Made by a program: the position numbers and the translations under genes. A stretch of DNA of 64,000 nucleotides from Williopsis jadinii (lineage: Eukaryota): contig AP024667.1 in assembly GCA_024346625.1 (NCBI GenBank), positions 744,001 through 808,000 on the forward strand. The letters are read 5' to 3'. This document shows positions 54,231 through 64,000 of this stretch, one piece after another. The notes under the pieces are model-generated. The model was not told where the DNA came from, ran no database searches, and saw only the letters and a list, made by a program, of their open reading frames with translations. How positions within the stretch are numbered: the first letter of the stretch is position 1; every line of letters starts with the position of its first letter.

Positions 54231-56117
54231 TCATTGAATAAAGCCATTTTTCATGTTTAACTCCATCATTCCTGAGTTCATTAGTATTGTCTGTGGCGAT
54301 TCTCCCACTGGAGATATTCCAATTGTTGTCGATGCACCACTAGTCTTCCTCTGGTTGTTATAGAAACTGTGGTCAGGCTGTGGAGTATTCACAAATCTAC
54401 CCATAACAGTGGACACTGCGGGACTCTGCTGTTGTAGATGTTTACTTGTGAACGTCAATGGGCTTTGCTCTCCTTCCGACGTTGGGGGAGAGAGCGAATA
54501 ACTGGAGTTAGCCGATCCATCAGCCACTTTGACTGTGACATTTGAAGACTTAGCTGACGAGGGAGTGGAGCCACCTGATTGGCGTCTCTTTGTCTGGCCG
54601 GACTCGAACACAAACTCGTAGTTCTTATGGGAGCCACCCTTCAAAGGTGTCACCAGCTTTGGATTCTCTGCAACCTGCACAGTAACGTTTTTGCTAAATT
54701 CCAAAGTCTGGTAACTGGCTGATGTCTTCTTTGTTACGCCACCACCAATGGTTCCATTGATAAAGCTCTTTGACTTTGTCAAGACACCTGGACATTTTGA
54801 GCCATTGGACACCGAGTTCTTCTTTGCCCTTGGTAGTCGAGTGGTAGAGTTAGACTTTATCATTGAAGGTTTTGAAGGTGTCTCTATAGGTGAATTAGAA
54901 AACGGTTCAGATGGATGGACAAAATTCTGTGGTGAAGTGTTTTGGGACGATGGTTGTGATAGAGCACGGTTATTGTGAGGCATCACAACTTGAGCCGGTG
55001 TTCGTATTGGGATCTGAGAGTTTGGCACATCCACGTACGAAGGCATACCTTGATATTGATTCATTGTCTGCATGGATAGGTCAACAGGTGACACTAAAGG
55101 CGGTACATTCTGCACAGGTATCGCACTATTTACAACAATGTGATGAACAGGACGTTGTGGAGTCACTGTAGTTGTCACCCGTTGTTGGACCTGTGGTTGG
55201 ACCTGTGGTTGAATAGGATGCCCTTGTAAATGGGCAGGCAGCGGAGCCTGCTGATTTCTTAGCTGTTGTTGTTTCATAACTTGGTTTTGCATATGCATAT
55301 GGAACTGTGTTGATACTTGAGCCTGTTGAGGACTTGGTCCTTGAACAACTTCATTCGGTGGATGAGCAGTCACATAGTCACTACCTTCACTGCGTTTTAT
55401 ATGGAACGTGTATGGAACAGGACCGGCCTGAGTGTGCTGTGAGATAGTTGGTGCAGAATGGTTTCCATGACCATAGAACACTGATGGTGGTTGTATCATA
55501 TCATGCTGGTGTTGGTGTTGCGGCAAAAGTGGAACTTGATTAGGTTGGCATTGCTGAACGACACTTGCTGTGCTTGCATTAGCATGTATTCCAAGTCCAT
55601 CAACATTCCCATTCCCAGCAACAAAGTCATCGGATACATTTGAAATTGGCGACGACACCTCAAGTATCGTCTCATTGGACATTTGCCTTTGTAGGGCGTT
55701 GTCGGTATATGAAGAGAGCGGGTCATCCTCCAGCAGGTTCTCCAGCGTGATCTCAGAACCTTGTAACCCTCCGCCATGGTCATATTGCGAGTGCTGAAGC
55801 AGCTGTGCCTGTCTTGTCAGCTGTGCAATGATCTGGTCATCAGAAGGAGCATTCAGTGCGCCATCGTAGAGATCACTCTGGACATGGTGTATATGCGGGT
55901 GTGTATGATCCTGGCCCTGCTGCTGTGGTAAATATGTCCCGGGCCTTTGGGAGTGATGAGACCCCCCGTGGCTCTGTGGATAAATCTGGTTTGGATGGTG
56001 GTTCATGCTCCTGGAGATACTCCCCTGCTGATGTGGATGAGAGTGAGAGGACAGAGCAGTGTACTGAGGTTGATGAACAACAAATTCTTGAGATTGAAAA
56101 TTCAAATCGTAAGGCAT
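54231..56117 (-). CDS. Low-complexity Q/H/P/S-rich protein of unknown function, 628 aa
   Basis: Long ATG-initiated ORF with no recognisable folded domain; many S/T-P sites in the C-terminal half. Confidence 0.75.
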   Translation of the reverse strand: MPYDLNFQSQEFVVHQPQYTALSSHSHPHQQGSISRSMNHHPNQIYPQSHGGSHHSQRPGTYLPQQQGQDHTHPHIHHVQSDLYDGALNAPSDDQIIAQLTRQAQLLQHSQYDHGGGLQGSEITLENLLEDDPLSSYTDNALQRQMSNETILEVSSPISNVSDDFVAGNGNVDGLGIHANASTASVVQQCQPNQVPLLPQHQHQHDMIQPPSVFYGHGNHSAPTISQHTQAGPVPYTFHIKRSEGSDYVTAHPPNEVVQGPSPQQAQVSTQFHMHMQNQVMKQQQLRNQQAPLPAHLQGHPIQPQVQPQVQQRVTTTVTPQRPVHHIVVNSAIPVQNVPPLVSPVDLSMQTMNQYQGMPSYVDVPNSQIPIRTPAQVVMPHNNRALSQPSSQNTSPQNFVHPSEPFSNSPIETPSKPSMIKSNSTTRLPRAKKNSVSNGSKCPGVLTKSKSFINGTIGGGVTKKTSASYQTLEFSKNVTVQVAENPKLVTPLKGGSHKNYEFVFESGQTKRRQSGGSTPSSAKSSNVTVKVADGSANSSYSLSPPTSEGEQSPLTFTSKHLQQQSPAVSTVMGRFVNTPQPDHSFYNNQRKTSGASTTIGISPVGESPQTILMNSGMMELNMKNGFIQ

Positions 56118-58143
56118 AACTTTTCCTCTGTAGCAAACGCGACGCGGTCAAAAAAGAGCAGAAAGGCCAAAAGAAAAGAAAAAGCCGTGGGAAAAGCGCG
56201 TTGTTGACCGAAAAGCTGGAAACACCTGGTAGAGAAAACACTCCACCAAAGGAAAGCTGAGGAAACACCAGAAATAGGAGGCGGAACGGCTGTGAGCGGT
56301 CAATCAACAGTGAACACGCCCGTGTTTGGTGATCGTAGGCCGGTCTCAGGCAGTAGAAGGAGACCCAACGGAGCCTCTGTTGTTGCGCTTGAGCGTTTGT
56401 TGCTGCGCTTGAGTGCTTGTTGTTATGATGCGCTTGGACGTTTCAATAGAGAAAGCGCTCGTTAGAAGGGGAAAACACACGCACGCACACACGCACTCCA
56501 CGAAAACACACTCGGCCGGCGTGGCTTCCGTAGCGGCAGACAGTAGCGTTATCTTTCCCTCTGGCTCTCGGGCTCGGTAGAACGGTCGAGCTGTGGCGAG
56601 ATGAACGAGCTTGGTCAGCGACTATCCGCCGTATAGGTTCTTCCGCTAGGAGGTGAACAACTGAGACAAGAAGGCCCACCAGAAGCAAAGCGAAAACAAA
56701 GGCAAACACTAGCCAAAACAACTGTGAAAAACACACACAACAGACACTGTAAACCTCCTGTGATGGCGTGGTTGGAACGCTGAGGTGTACTTGGATCTGT
56801 CGTGGAAAAAGCGAGTGGAAATGGACTTCTCTCGGGCCTCTGACGGTGTTTAAGCGAGTGTGTTGATAGTTGGAGAGAGACAAGAGGAGTTGCTCTTCCT
56901 ATCTAATTCTGTGCGAAGTGAAGCGGGCGGGTTATAAAAACAGCCAAATGACACAGGCGAACAGGCACTATCAGACAACGTTACAAAGGTGAAATCCACA
57001 AGAGTCCTTGGTAGCACGCTCTGACTATTTGCCACTACGCTGTTTTGATATCCAAAGCTTGACTGAACAATACAAAAGAAGCGAAAGAGGAGGAAAACAA
57101 GAGCTCTGTGCCTGCTTCCTTTCTTTCCCCAATGGTGTGCTCGCGCTATCGGAGCCCTCCACCGTCGCACTGTAGAAATGTTCCGTGAAACCACAGAAAC
57201 CAACCACCCCACCTCCCCGTGCGCGCGCAAAGGAAAACATCCAGCCACTGCGGACAGGCCGGTGTGTGGCGTCTACCGGTTATGTTTTCTGCGCGGAAAT
57301 TGCGTCGTAATTTCTCCAGCGCTGCGCGCGCTTATAAATCGTTCCGACGCTGTGAGATTCCGAACTCAAAAGCACGCCAGCACAGACGAATGGAGGGAAA
57401 TGGCAAGAGGGCGTTGGATGTGTGGTTGGTGCTTGAAGCTGACGATGGAGGGATGACTGGCCATTGAATTGCGCGTGTGGAAATGCTCCAATGGCATTGT
57501 TTCTGGGCTGTGTGGTCAGCTGTCCGGCGTATGCACCTGTGCCACAATCTATGTTGAAACTTGCATGAAACACACTCTAACCGCAGTATCTCAATGGCTT
57601 GAAAGCAGTTTGAAAGAGGTTTGGAGGTAGAAAGCCAAAGACGTACACCCACGAGGGCTGCGTTGTGTATGCTGTGTAGAGTGTAGCGGCGATTGAGGCC
57701 CGCTTAGCCTTTGAGCCGAGCATCAGACCGCTAATGCCCGTGGTAGCACACTACATTCAATGACATTAACCAATGTATCATTAATTGTTATCCAAGTTTG
57801 ATACACCGCACCGGTGTATCAGTCGCCAGTTATAATAAACATATCCCATATGTGAAAATAGTAATACAAACCAAATACAAAAACCATAAGTAGAAAGAAA
57901 AGAAAAGAAACACCCAAAGTACCAACCAGTGGTGTACAATGTACACCCACTTTGACCAATAGAAAACAGGAAGAGAGAACAATTAGAAACGTTCACAGTG
58001 ATCGATTAGTCTCTTCCATGATAAAAAAACCCCCCAATAGAAATTCTTCCAGTAAAATTTCCAGTCAACTGCGAACAACCCACTAAACGGCAAAAAATAG
58101 CATATAGAAACCAGTACAACATTGAAACATTCCAATTCTGGAA

Positions 58144-59184
58144 TCACACGTACTTCTCAAACAGACCATCGTCTAACCATCCACACTTCTCGAATGCAGC
58201 AAATAACCTCGATGCCTTATTGACATCAATACGGCATGACTTCTGTGCGTCAGTTCTTCTGAACGGTAAGCCCTTTCTCATCCGTGAAACTTTCTCCGCA
58301 AAGAGTCTTCTCTTAGAATCCAAGTACAATGCACACGGCAACCTAAGTGTTGAAGCAAGGACAATTTCTGCAGGGTGTAGATGGCTAACCAACGGATCCG
58401 ATTTCAAGTCCATAGGTTGGCCTTTCCACTCAACTTTCATGCATCTGTTGTTGTTAGGAAGGGTATCCACAGAAGGAGAGAAATCAGGCAATGACTCCCA
58501 ATCAACGTTTACAGGAACTGTAGGTGATGTGGCAGCAGGTCTTCTTCTCTTTGGAGGTGGGGTGGAAACCTTGGACGTTTCAGAATCGACGTCAGTGTTG
58601 TTGGTCTCTTTGACAAGACGACGTGTTCTAACCTTCTCAAAGGTTGAGCTATAATCCGAATCAGAGTTGTAGTAATTTGAAGGCTTGTGAACCTTTCTAG
58701 GTTGATATTTTCTCTGTGGAGTAGCTTTAGTGATCCCCTTGGACAAGCCCATACGACAAGTATACTGTTTCAAGAAATGCATCTGTGATTTCTTGTAGGA
58801 CTTTGACCCAATTCCACTCCATGCATTTACAACCAGTGGGAATTTTTCAAAGTTGTCAATTGGGAATTCCGCAACCTTTTGACCAGGGAGTACCAATATG
58901 GTATCAACGTGATCATCTGACTGTTTCCCCTTAGCGTTGAGTCCCGTGATTAAAACCTCTGGAATTTGACGCGGTGTGGTCATCGCATCGGAAGACGATG
59001 CTGCACTCTGGTAAGGTGATAGCGGAGGAGATGGGATCGACTGGTCATCTGCCCTCGTGATGGATGACTTTGAAGACTTTCTCTCAATTGTGCCACCAAT
59101 GACGTCCTCCTGTTCGGTAACGCTGATGGCTTTAGGATCTGGTGTCATCGCACCAAATGATATGTCTGCTGCTGATGACGACAT
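58144..59184 (-). CDS. FUN19: SWIRM-domain protein (Fun19/YOR338W family)
   Basis: WESLPDFSP, WKGQPMDL..DP...LHPAE..LASTLRLP..LYLDSKRRLF, FRRTDAQKSCRIDVNKASRLFAAFEKCGWL. Confidence 0.9.
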   Translation of the reverse strand: MSSSAADISFGAMTPDPKAISVTEQEDVIGGTIERKSSKSSITRADDQSIPSPPLSPYQSAASSSDAMTTPRQIPEVLITGLNAKGKQSDDHVDTILVLPGQKVAEFPIDNFEKFPLVVNAWSGIGSKSYKKSQMHFLKQYTCRMGLSKGITKATPQRKYQPRKVHKPSNYYNSDSDYSSTFEKVRTRRLVKETNNTDVDSETSKVSTPPPKRRRPAATSPTVPVNVDWESLPDFSPSVDTLPNNNRCMKVEWKGQPMDLKSDPLVSHLHPAEIVLASTLRLPCALYLDSKRRLFAEKVSRMRKGLPFRRTDAQKSCRIDVNKASRLFAAFEKCGWLDDGLFEKYV

Positions 59185-62100
59185 TGTAGATAGACGGTGA
59201 ACTTTCACGCGACGCGCACTTGCAAAGTAGCTCTTGTAGAATAGCACTCGTAGAATAGCTCTTATAGAATGCTGGACACTCACAACGAGCTAAGTAATTG
59301 AAATATTTATCTGAATGGAGACGGAAATACAACAAAAAGCAGGGGAAAGGTTGGAAGGGAAAAGAAGACATAAAACGGGCATCGCAGTTATATATATGTA
59401 GCCAAAAAACTATGTCTTTTCTTTTTTGGCACCATATCCCGAAAGTGGTCATAAGCTTTTTTCGCAATATTGCGAGAACTTGTGCAGTTTTCTGCGTCAG
59501 CGGAAGGCGCATTAGAGGAAGAAAAAAAAGAAAAAAAAACTTTGATGGTGTTCTCTATCTGAGTACGAAAAACAGATAGCTGGGGCTAAATTGTCAGAAA
59601 TTGGTTTTAAATGTTCTGGCACAGGTGCTCAATTATAGCAATTGTGCTTTAATATCAGGCCATTGACCCCTCTTTGCTGGTCCTCACTCGTCTACTGAAA
59701 CTTCCAGAGGTTGCTCTGTCAGGTTTTTCTATCTTTTGAAGTAGCAAATTCCAACGGAGAAGCGAATCAGGCGTCGATACGAAAAAAACACCTTCATCCG
59801 GTAATTCGGTCGCACCACTTTCGCCAAAAAAAAAAGAATTGTGCCATCTCCTGTGCATACGATACGTGACACAATCGTGACTGCTAAATTAAACCTAACA
59901 ACTCCGATTCACCCCACCGCATCTGTTGTCATCACATGGAGTTGTCATTCGAACATCACCACAACGTCAATTGACAGTAGGGCAAGGGACGATAAGATGA
60001 TGCCAATATTGAGTCAGCTGCCCCTCAACGCAATCATCCCACCCTCGGGGTTAAAAGATCTCAATTGACCCGTAATTACCACGAGTTCGAGATGAGCAGA
60101 AGAACTTTTTGGAATCTCCAATGGCACATCCAATCTACGATTCGCTGATTGCCCCGAGATTGTTCGGGATTGGCACGTCTCCAAACCCTGTTCGCTGACT
60201 GGACACAGGGAATTTTCCCATGAGGGAAACCCGATAAGATGACCAATGAGTATGTGACCATCAATTGGTGCTATTTTCGGTCTTTGCTGTCATGGCTATG
60301 CTAGTTGCTAAGTTGGTGACTACGACCCTCGCCTATTATAGCAACTTAAAACTGCGGACGTGTCTGGTAGATTATAGCGAGCGCAAGGTATACGGGCTAT
60401 ACTTAGCCACCGAGTAGATGTTAGCTATCATTCATTTAACTTTATCAAAGTTATAAACATAGTACAGTGTAATCAATAAGGTTAAATCACGGTAATGCCG
60501 AGCTAACAAGGATGAAGCGTTTGTATTGGAGTTGTTGCTATACGACAAGGACATTGTTATATCACCAGGTCAATTTGATGGTTCTATAAAGCATGCTTAT
60601 AGTTCTAGGACACTCTTAGTTTTGGAAATGTCAACAATTGGTCAGTTGCTGGAAATGTTATGTCATGCTTATTATTCCTGGGCTTTAATAGGCTGGATTC
60701 CACAGCGCTGAGGCAGCTGAGCTCCGAATGGCGCAAAACAGTGACATCGCCCACTTTTTGTGGCAAAAAAAAAACGAAAAAGCTACAATGCAAGCTGCAA
60801 CTCTAATTTGCGCCAATGTACGAAAACGGAAATGTAGTAAAAGACACATTTTGTGCCATGGGAAAATTTTTCTTCAGAGGATACTCATCTCTGATTTGTT
60901 GAAACGGTTTTGGTATGCAATGCATAGCTAGTTGTATATTCATCTAGACCCGAAGGAACTGCCTAAGATGAAGGTGAAAAAGTTTTCACTGTGGTATTTG
61001 TAGCATAAGCTCTACCTGGAAACGAGAGTGATGGGATAAGATGAGACGCCAGTAGTTTTATCACCTTTAGAAGACCACAATTGAAGCCAAAACTCCATTC
61101 GATGAAAACTGGCGATCTTTCACTAATTTGCTGGCTAGACTTGACATGTTCGCTCCTCGGTTATCCTGTTCTTTACATGGGATAAGCCTCTGTCTTTCAC
61201 CGTCCACGAGGTTGTCCAAACGCGATGCGAAGGGCTTCTGGGTATATACGTTAACTTCACCGTTATGCAGCTTACAGAAAAAGAAACGGGAAACGTGTAG
61301 CGGCGTGTGTGAGACTGAGCTTGCCAATGTTCCTGGTACCAACACAATTCTTTTGAAAGACCAATGTATCGTGGAACACGAAGTAATGGCCATCCCTCAG
61401 CTCAACGATACAAAGTGCGTGGCCACATTTGTTTTCACCATTTGTTAGATGCTTAGGCGTCAGTTTCCTGCTTAGCTTCTCTCCCCGTATGCGTACGTGG
61501 TCCTCTGCAAGACATTTTATTTTTTGCTTTGGGGTTTTCGCAAAACCGTTTTTTTCGTGATAGCCCTTGCGTTGATAAGAATAGGAGTTGTGGCATCGAG
61601 ATCGCGGCGATCGCTGGGGGCGTATTTCTCTGGCCAGAGATTCCAACGAAACCTGGTTGAGAAGTAAACGCTAAGTGATGGCCTCTCTCATGGATTGTGC
61701 CATTATGGACGAAGAATGCTTTTTGATGGTACAACTACTGATTTTTATCTGAGATCTGTCCCTATTTTGCTATAGAGTTCCATCATTGAGCATCTGAACG
61801 TTCGCTGCGAGATCTGAAAGCGATCATCAACGTGTCTTATTCATACAAGACAAGTAGTAGAAAACAGGCACGGGCTCTAAATTGAGTGGTCTAGAGTGTA
61901 ATCAGCTGGCTGGAAATACATGGCAAGGTCCACTCTCGACATACCTGGCGTGACATACAGGTCAGCTAGTTGAAAGGCACAACACACATCCATGAACGGC
62001 GTTGGTCAAGGGACCTACTCTAAGAATCAATTGAAAAGTCAACGAGTCATCTCTCCAGCCCTTACTTCAACAACGCAAATGCTGTATCGAATAGACTCCA

Positions 62101-63305
62101 TCCTATATGATTCACTAAATTACTGTCCATTTGCTGGTTATTTCATTCCCCAATGCTTTCCCTGACTCAAAGGGTCATGCTGCGGAATCAGGGTGCTACA
62201 TGGATATGGCGAATAGCAGTACACTACGCCGCTAATCTGTTCTATGCATACCCCATAGCAAGGTACTTTGCTGGCAAACACTATACCTTCTGTCTCCTCA
62301 TTTTGCTCACAAGGTGGTGTTGATCGACGCATCTTGATTTGGGCAGATGTCTTTGCTAACGGGATGCACCTTTTTTGAAGAAGGGATGCCCACATTAACA
62401 GGCCGGGCTCAGGAGCTCTGTATTTAGGGCCAACCCTACGTGTTAAAACCACTGCTATCGTACAGAGATAGTAAAACAGTAAGTCAAATCCCCGGGTCAC
62501 GCCATAGGAATATACCCCCCTCTCATGAATTAGTACAAGTTAACTCTGACCATAATTTTATAGGCATGGTGTAAGCCACGGGGCATGCTCCCTCTCGCCA
62601 TCCCCATATGGCCTCTCTTGTTCAGACGACAAGTCGAGTGGCACTTGTTTGAACCCATAGCAATCACCAGCAAAGCCAAATACCAAGACTGTGACTTGTG
62701 GAAAAGTTCGAAACCAACTGTAAAAGTGTGTCTAGAATCTTCCTTTTGTCCTTCAACTGGGTTGCCTCATCCTGAATCCTGATTTTAGGCACGGGATGAA
62801 AACCTTACTCAAATTAGTCCCCAGGTGTCAGCCTGTCGTTTAGTGTGGGATATGGGACGGCAAAAATTCTCTCAACTTATGAACTACAAACACATATGGC
62901 AAGAGGTGGAAATTGCTGCTAGTTTTTACCAGCTTAAATCTGGCTTTTCTCGTATATCTCATATTCCCTTGGTCATACCACCGCTTTGAGTTGGGTGACC
63001 CCACAGCCTCTCGGAAAAATTCAATCCTTGGCTAGATGGTCCCGGAAATGACGGCCATAGAAAAAATTTTTTGCTGCTGGTGTGAAGTCCGGAAAAACCA
63101 TTCGACACGGGGTCAATGCATAGATTTTCCGGGATATGTCAGGTGTTGGCAAGAGGTGCAAAAATTGCTTAAATTCATTCCAATTTTCCCCCTTCCTAAA
63201 CAATCCTGGACTTATTCTAATTAGTGTAAGAGTACGACAGCATATAGAAAACAAGGCATAGTTCTAGAACATATTGTGAAGCAATATCATATTCATTATA
63301 TCAAG

Positions 63306-63770
63306 ATGATAGGTTCATCTCTTTTATTGCATAGGGACGGGAGCCCAAAGGAAAAGACGCAGACGTGCACAATCAAGAAAGAATCCGATAAGAGCAAAGT
63401 GAAACAGTTCATCAAACTTTTGAAAGAAGGACCAGCGGGAAGCAGTTCATACAATAACTTCTCGAGTTATGAAGACGAGACTGAAGAGGAGGATGCACCA
63501 CTACCAAGAAGGAAATCCAAGTATGAACTGTTCCTCAAGCATAGAGTGAGGGAAGCACAGGTACGTGATTTTACAATTCAACTGATGGTTATTAAATGGA
63601 AGAACCATAACTAACAACGGTCTTAGATTCAAAGCTATAACGAGGAAATACAGAGAGAATCTACCAGATCCTCCAGCCGGTCGAGCTCAAGCAGCTGCTT
63701 CAGCTCAACTTCATCGCTCAACTCCCTAAAGAGGGTGAGATTTGCGGACACCGTGGACTCTGCATTTTGA
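63306..63770 (+). CDS. Small spliced protein (132 aa) with C-terminal RVxF motif. Exon 1 63306-63560, intron 63561-63626, exon 2 63627-63770
   Basis: CAG/GTACGT donor, AACTAAC branch 63609-63615, TAG acceptor; the phase-0 join gives ...REAQ-IQSYNEEIQRESTRSSSRSSSSSCFSSTSSLNSLKRVRFADTVDSAF*. Confidence 0.7.
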
Positions 63771-63875
63771 ACGTATAATGCATGGAAAACTTTACGATTT
63801 TACGATGAAACTTACAAGAGTAAGATGAGACACTACTGGTTTATATAATAATGATGATACTGCATAACAGGTCTA

Positions 63876-64000
63876 TTACTTCTTCTTTTGAGAGGTAGAG
63901 TTCTTTGGTAGCTCCTTAACAAATGGAATGAACTCTGGTTCACCTGGGATGTACTTTCTCAACACCTCTGGGATGACAAGACCTTCTTCCGTTTGGTAGT
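63876..64000 (-). CDS. SES1: Cytosolic seryl-tRNA synthetase, C-terminal end (rest lies outside the window)
   Basis: Minus strand reads YQTEEGLVIPEVLRKYIPGEPEFIPFVKELPKNSTSQKKK*. Confidence 0.9.
   Translation of the reverse strand, partial: YQTEEGLVIPEVLRKYIPGEPEFIPFVKELPKNSTSQKKK

Overview
Gene-dense eukaryotic nuclear DNA from a budding yeast (Saccharomycotina). CUG reads as Leu at conserved positions (e.g. the MIS1 HGLLIQLP motif uses CTG CTG). A respiratory complex I subunit gene is present and there are several short 54-66 nt spliceosomal introns, which suggests a non-Saccharomycetaceae, non-CTG-clade yeast, probably Cyberlindnera/Wickerhamomyces-like (inference). About 28 protein genes, in order: RPO41 (partial), NDUFA6/NB4M, MIS1, a PQ-loop transporter, DPH2, HRD3, ATG10, GOS1, PRP16, a GAT1-like GATA factor, three tandem secreted acid-sphingomyelinase-like phosphoesterases, a degenerate Pcl-type cyclin, MET32, SEC6, TDA2, RNR1, an LCCL membrane protein, SVL3, a C2H2 factor, QDR3, ASP1, a divergent Hsp60 paralog (TCM62-like), NOG1, a Q/H-rich orphan, FUN19-like, a small spliced RVxF-motif gene and SES1 (partial). 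Most notable: (1) a second chaperonin-60 with an intact ATPase site but single-ring-like and altered apical residues; (2) the ASMase-like triplet with Pho4-type promoter motifs; (3) a Gcn4-site-linked pseudo-cyclin lacking the CDK-contact residues; (4) HRD3 split by a -1 frameshift just before its membrane anchor; (5) a hidden spliced 132-aa protein with a candidate PP1-docking motif. No tRNA, rRNA, CRISPR array or intact mobile element was recognised. All gene calls rest on remembered family motifs; no database search was run.
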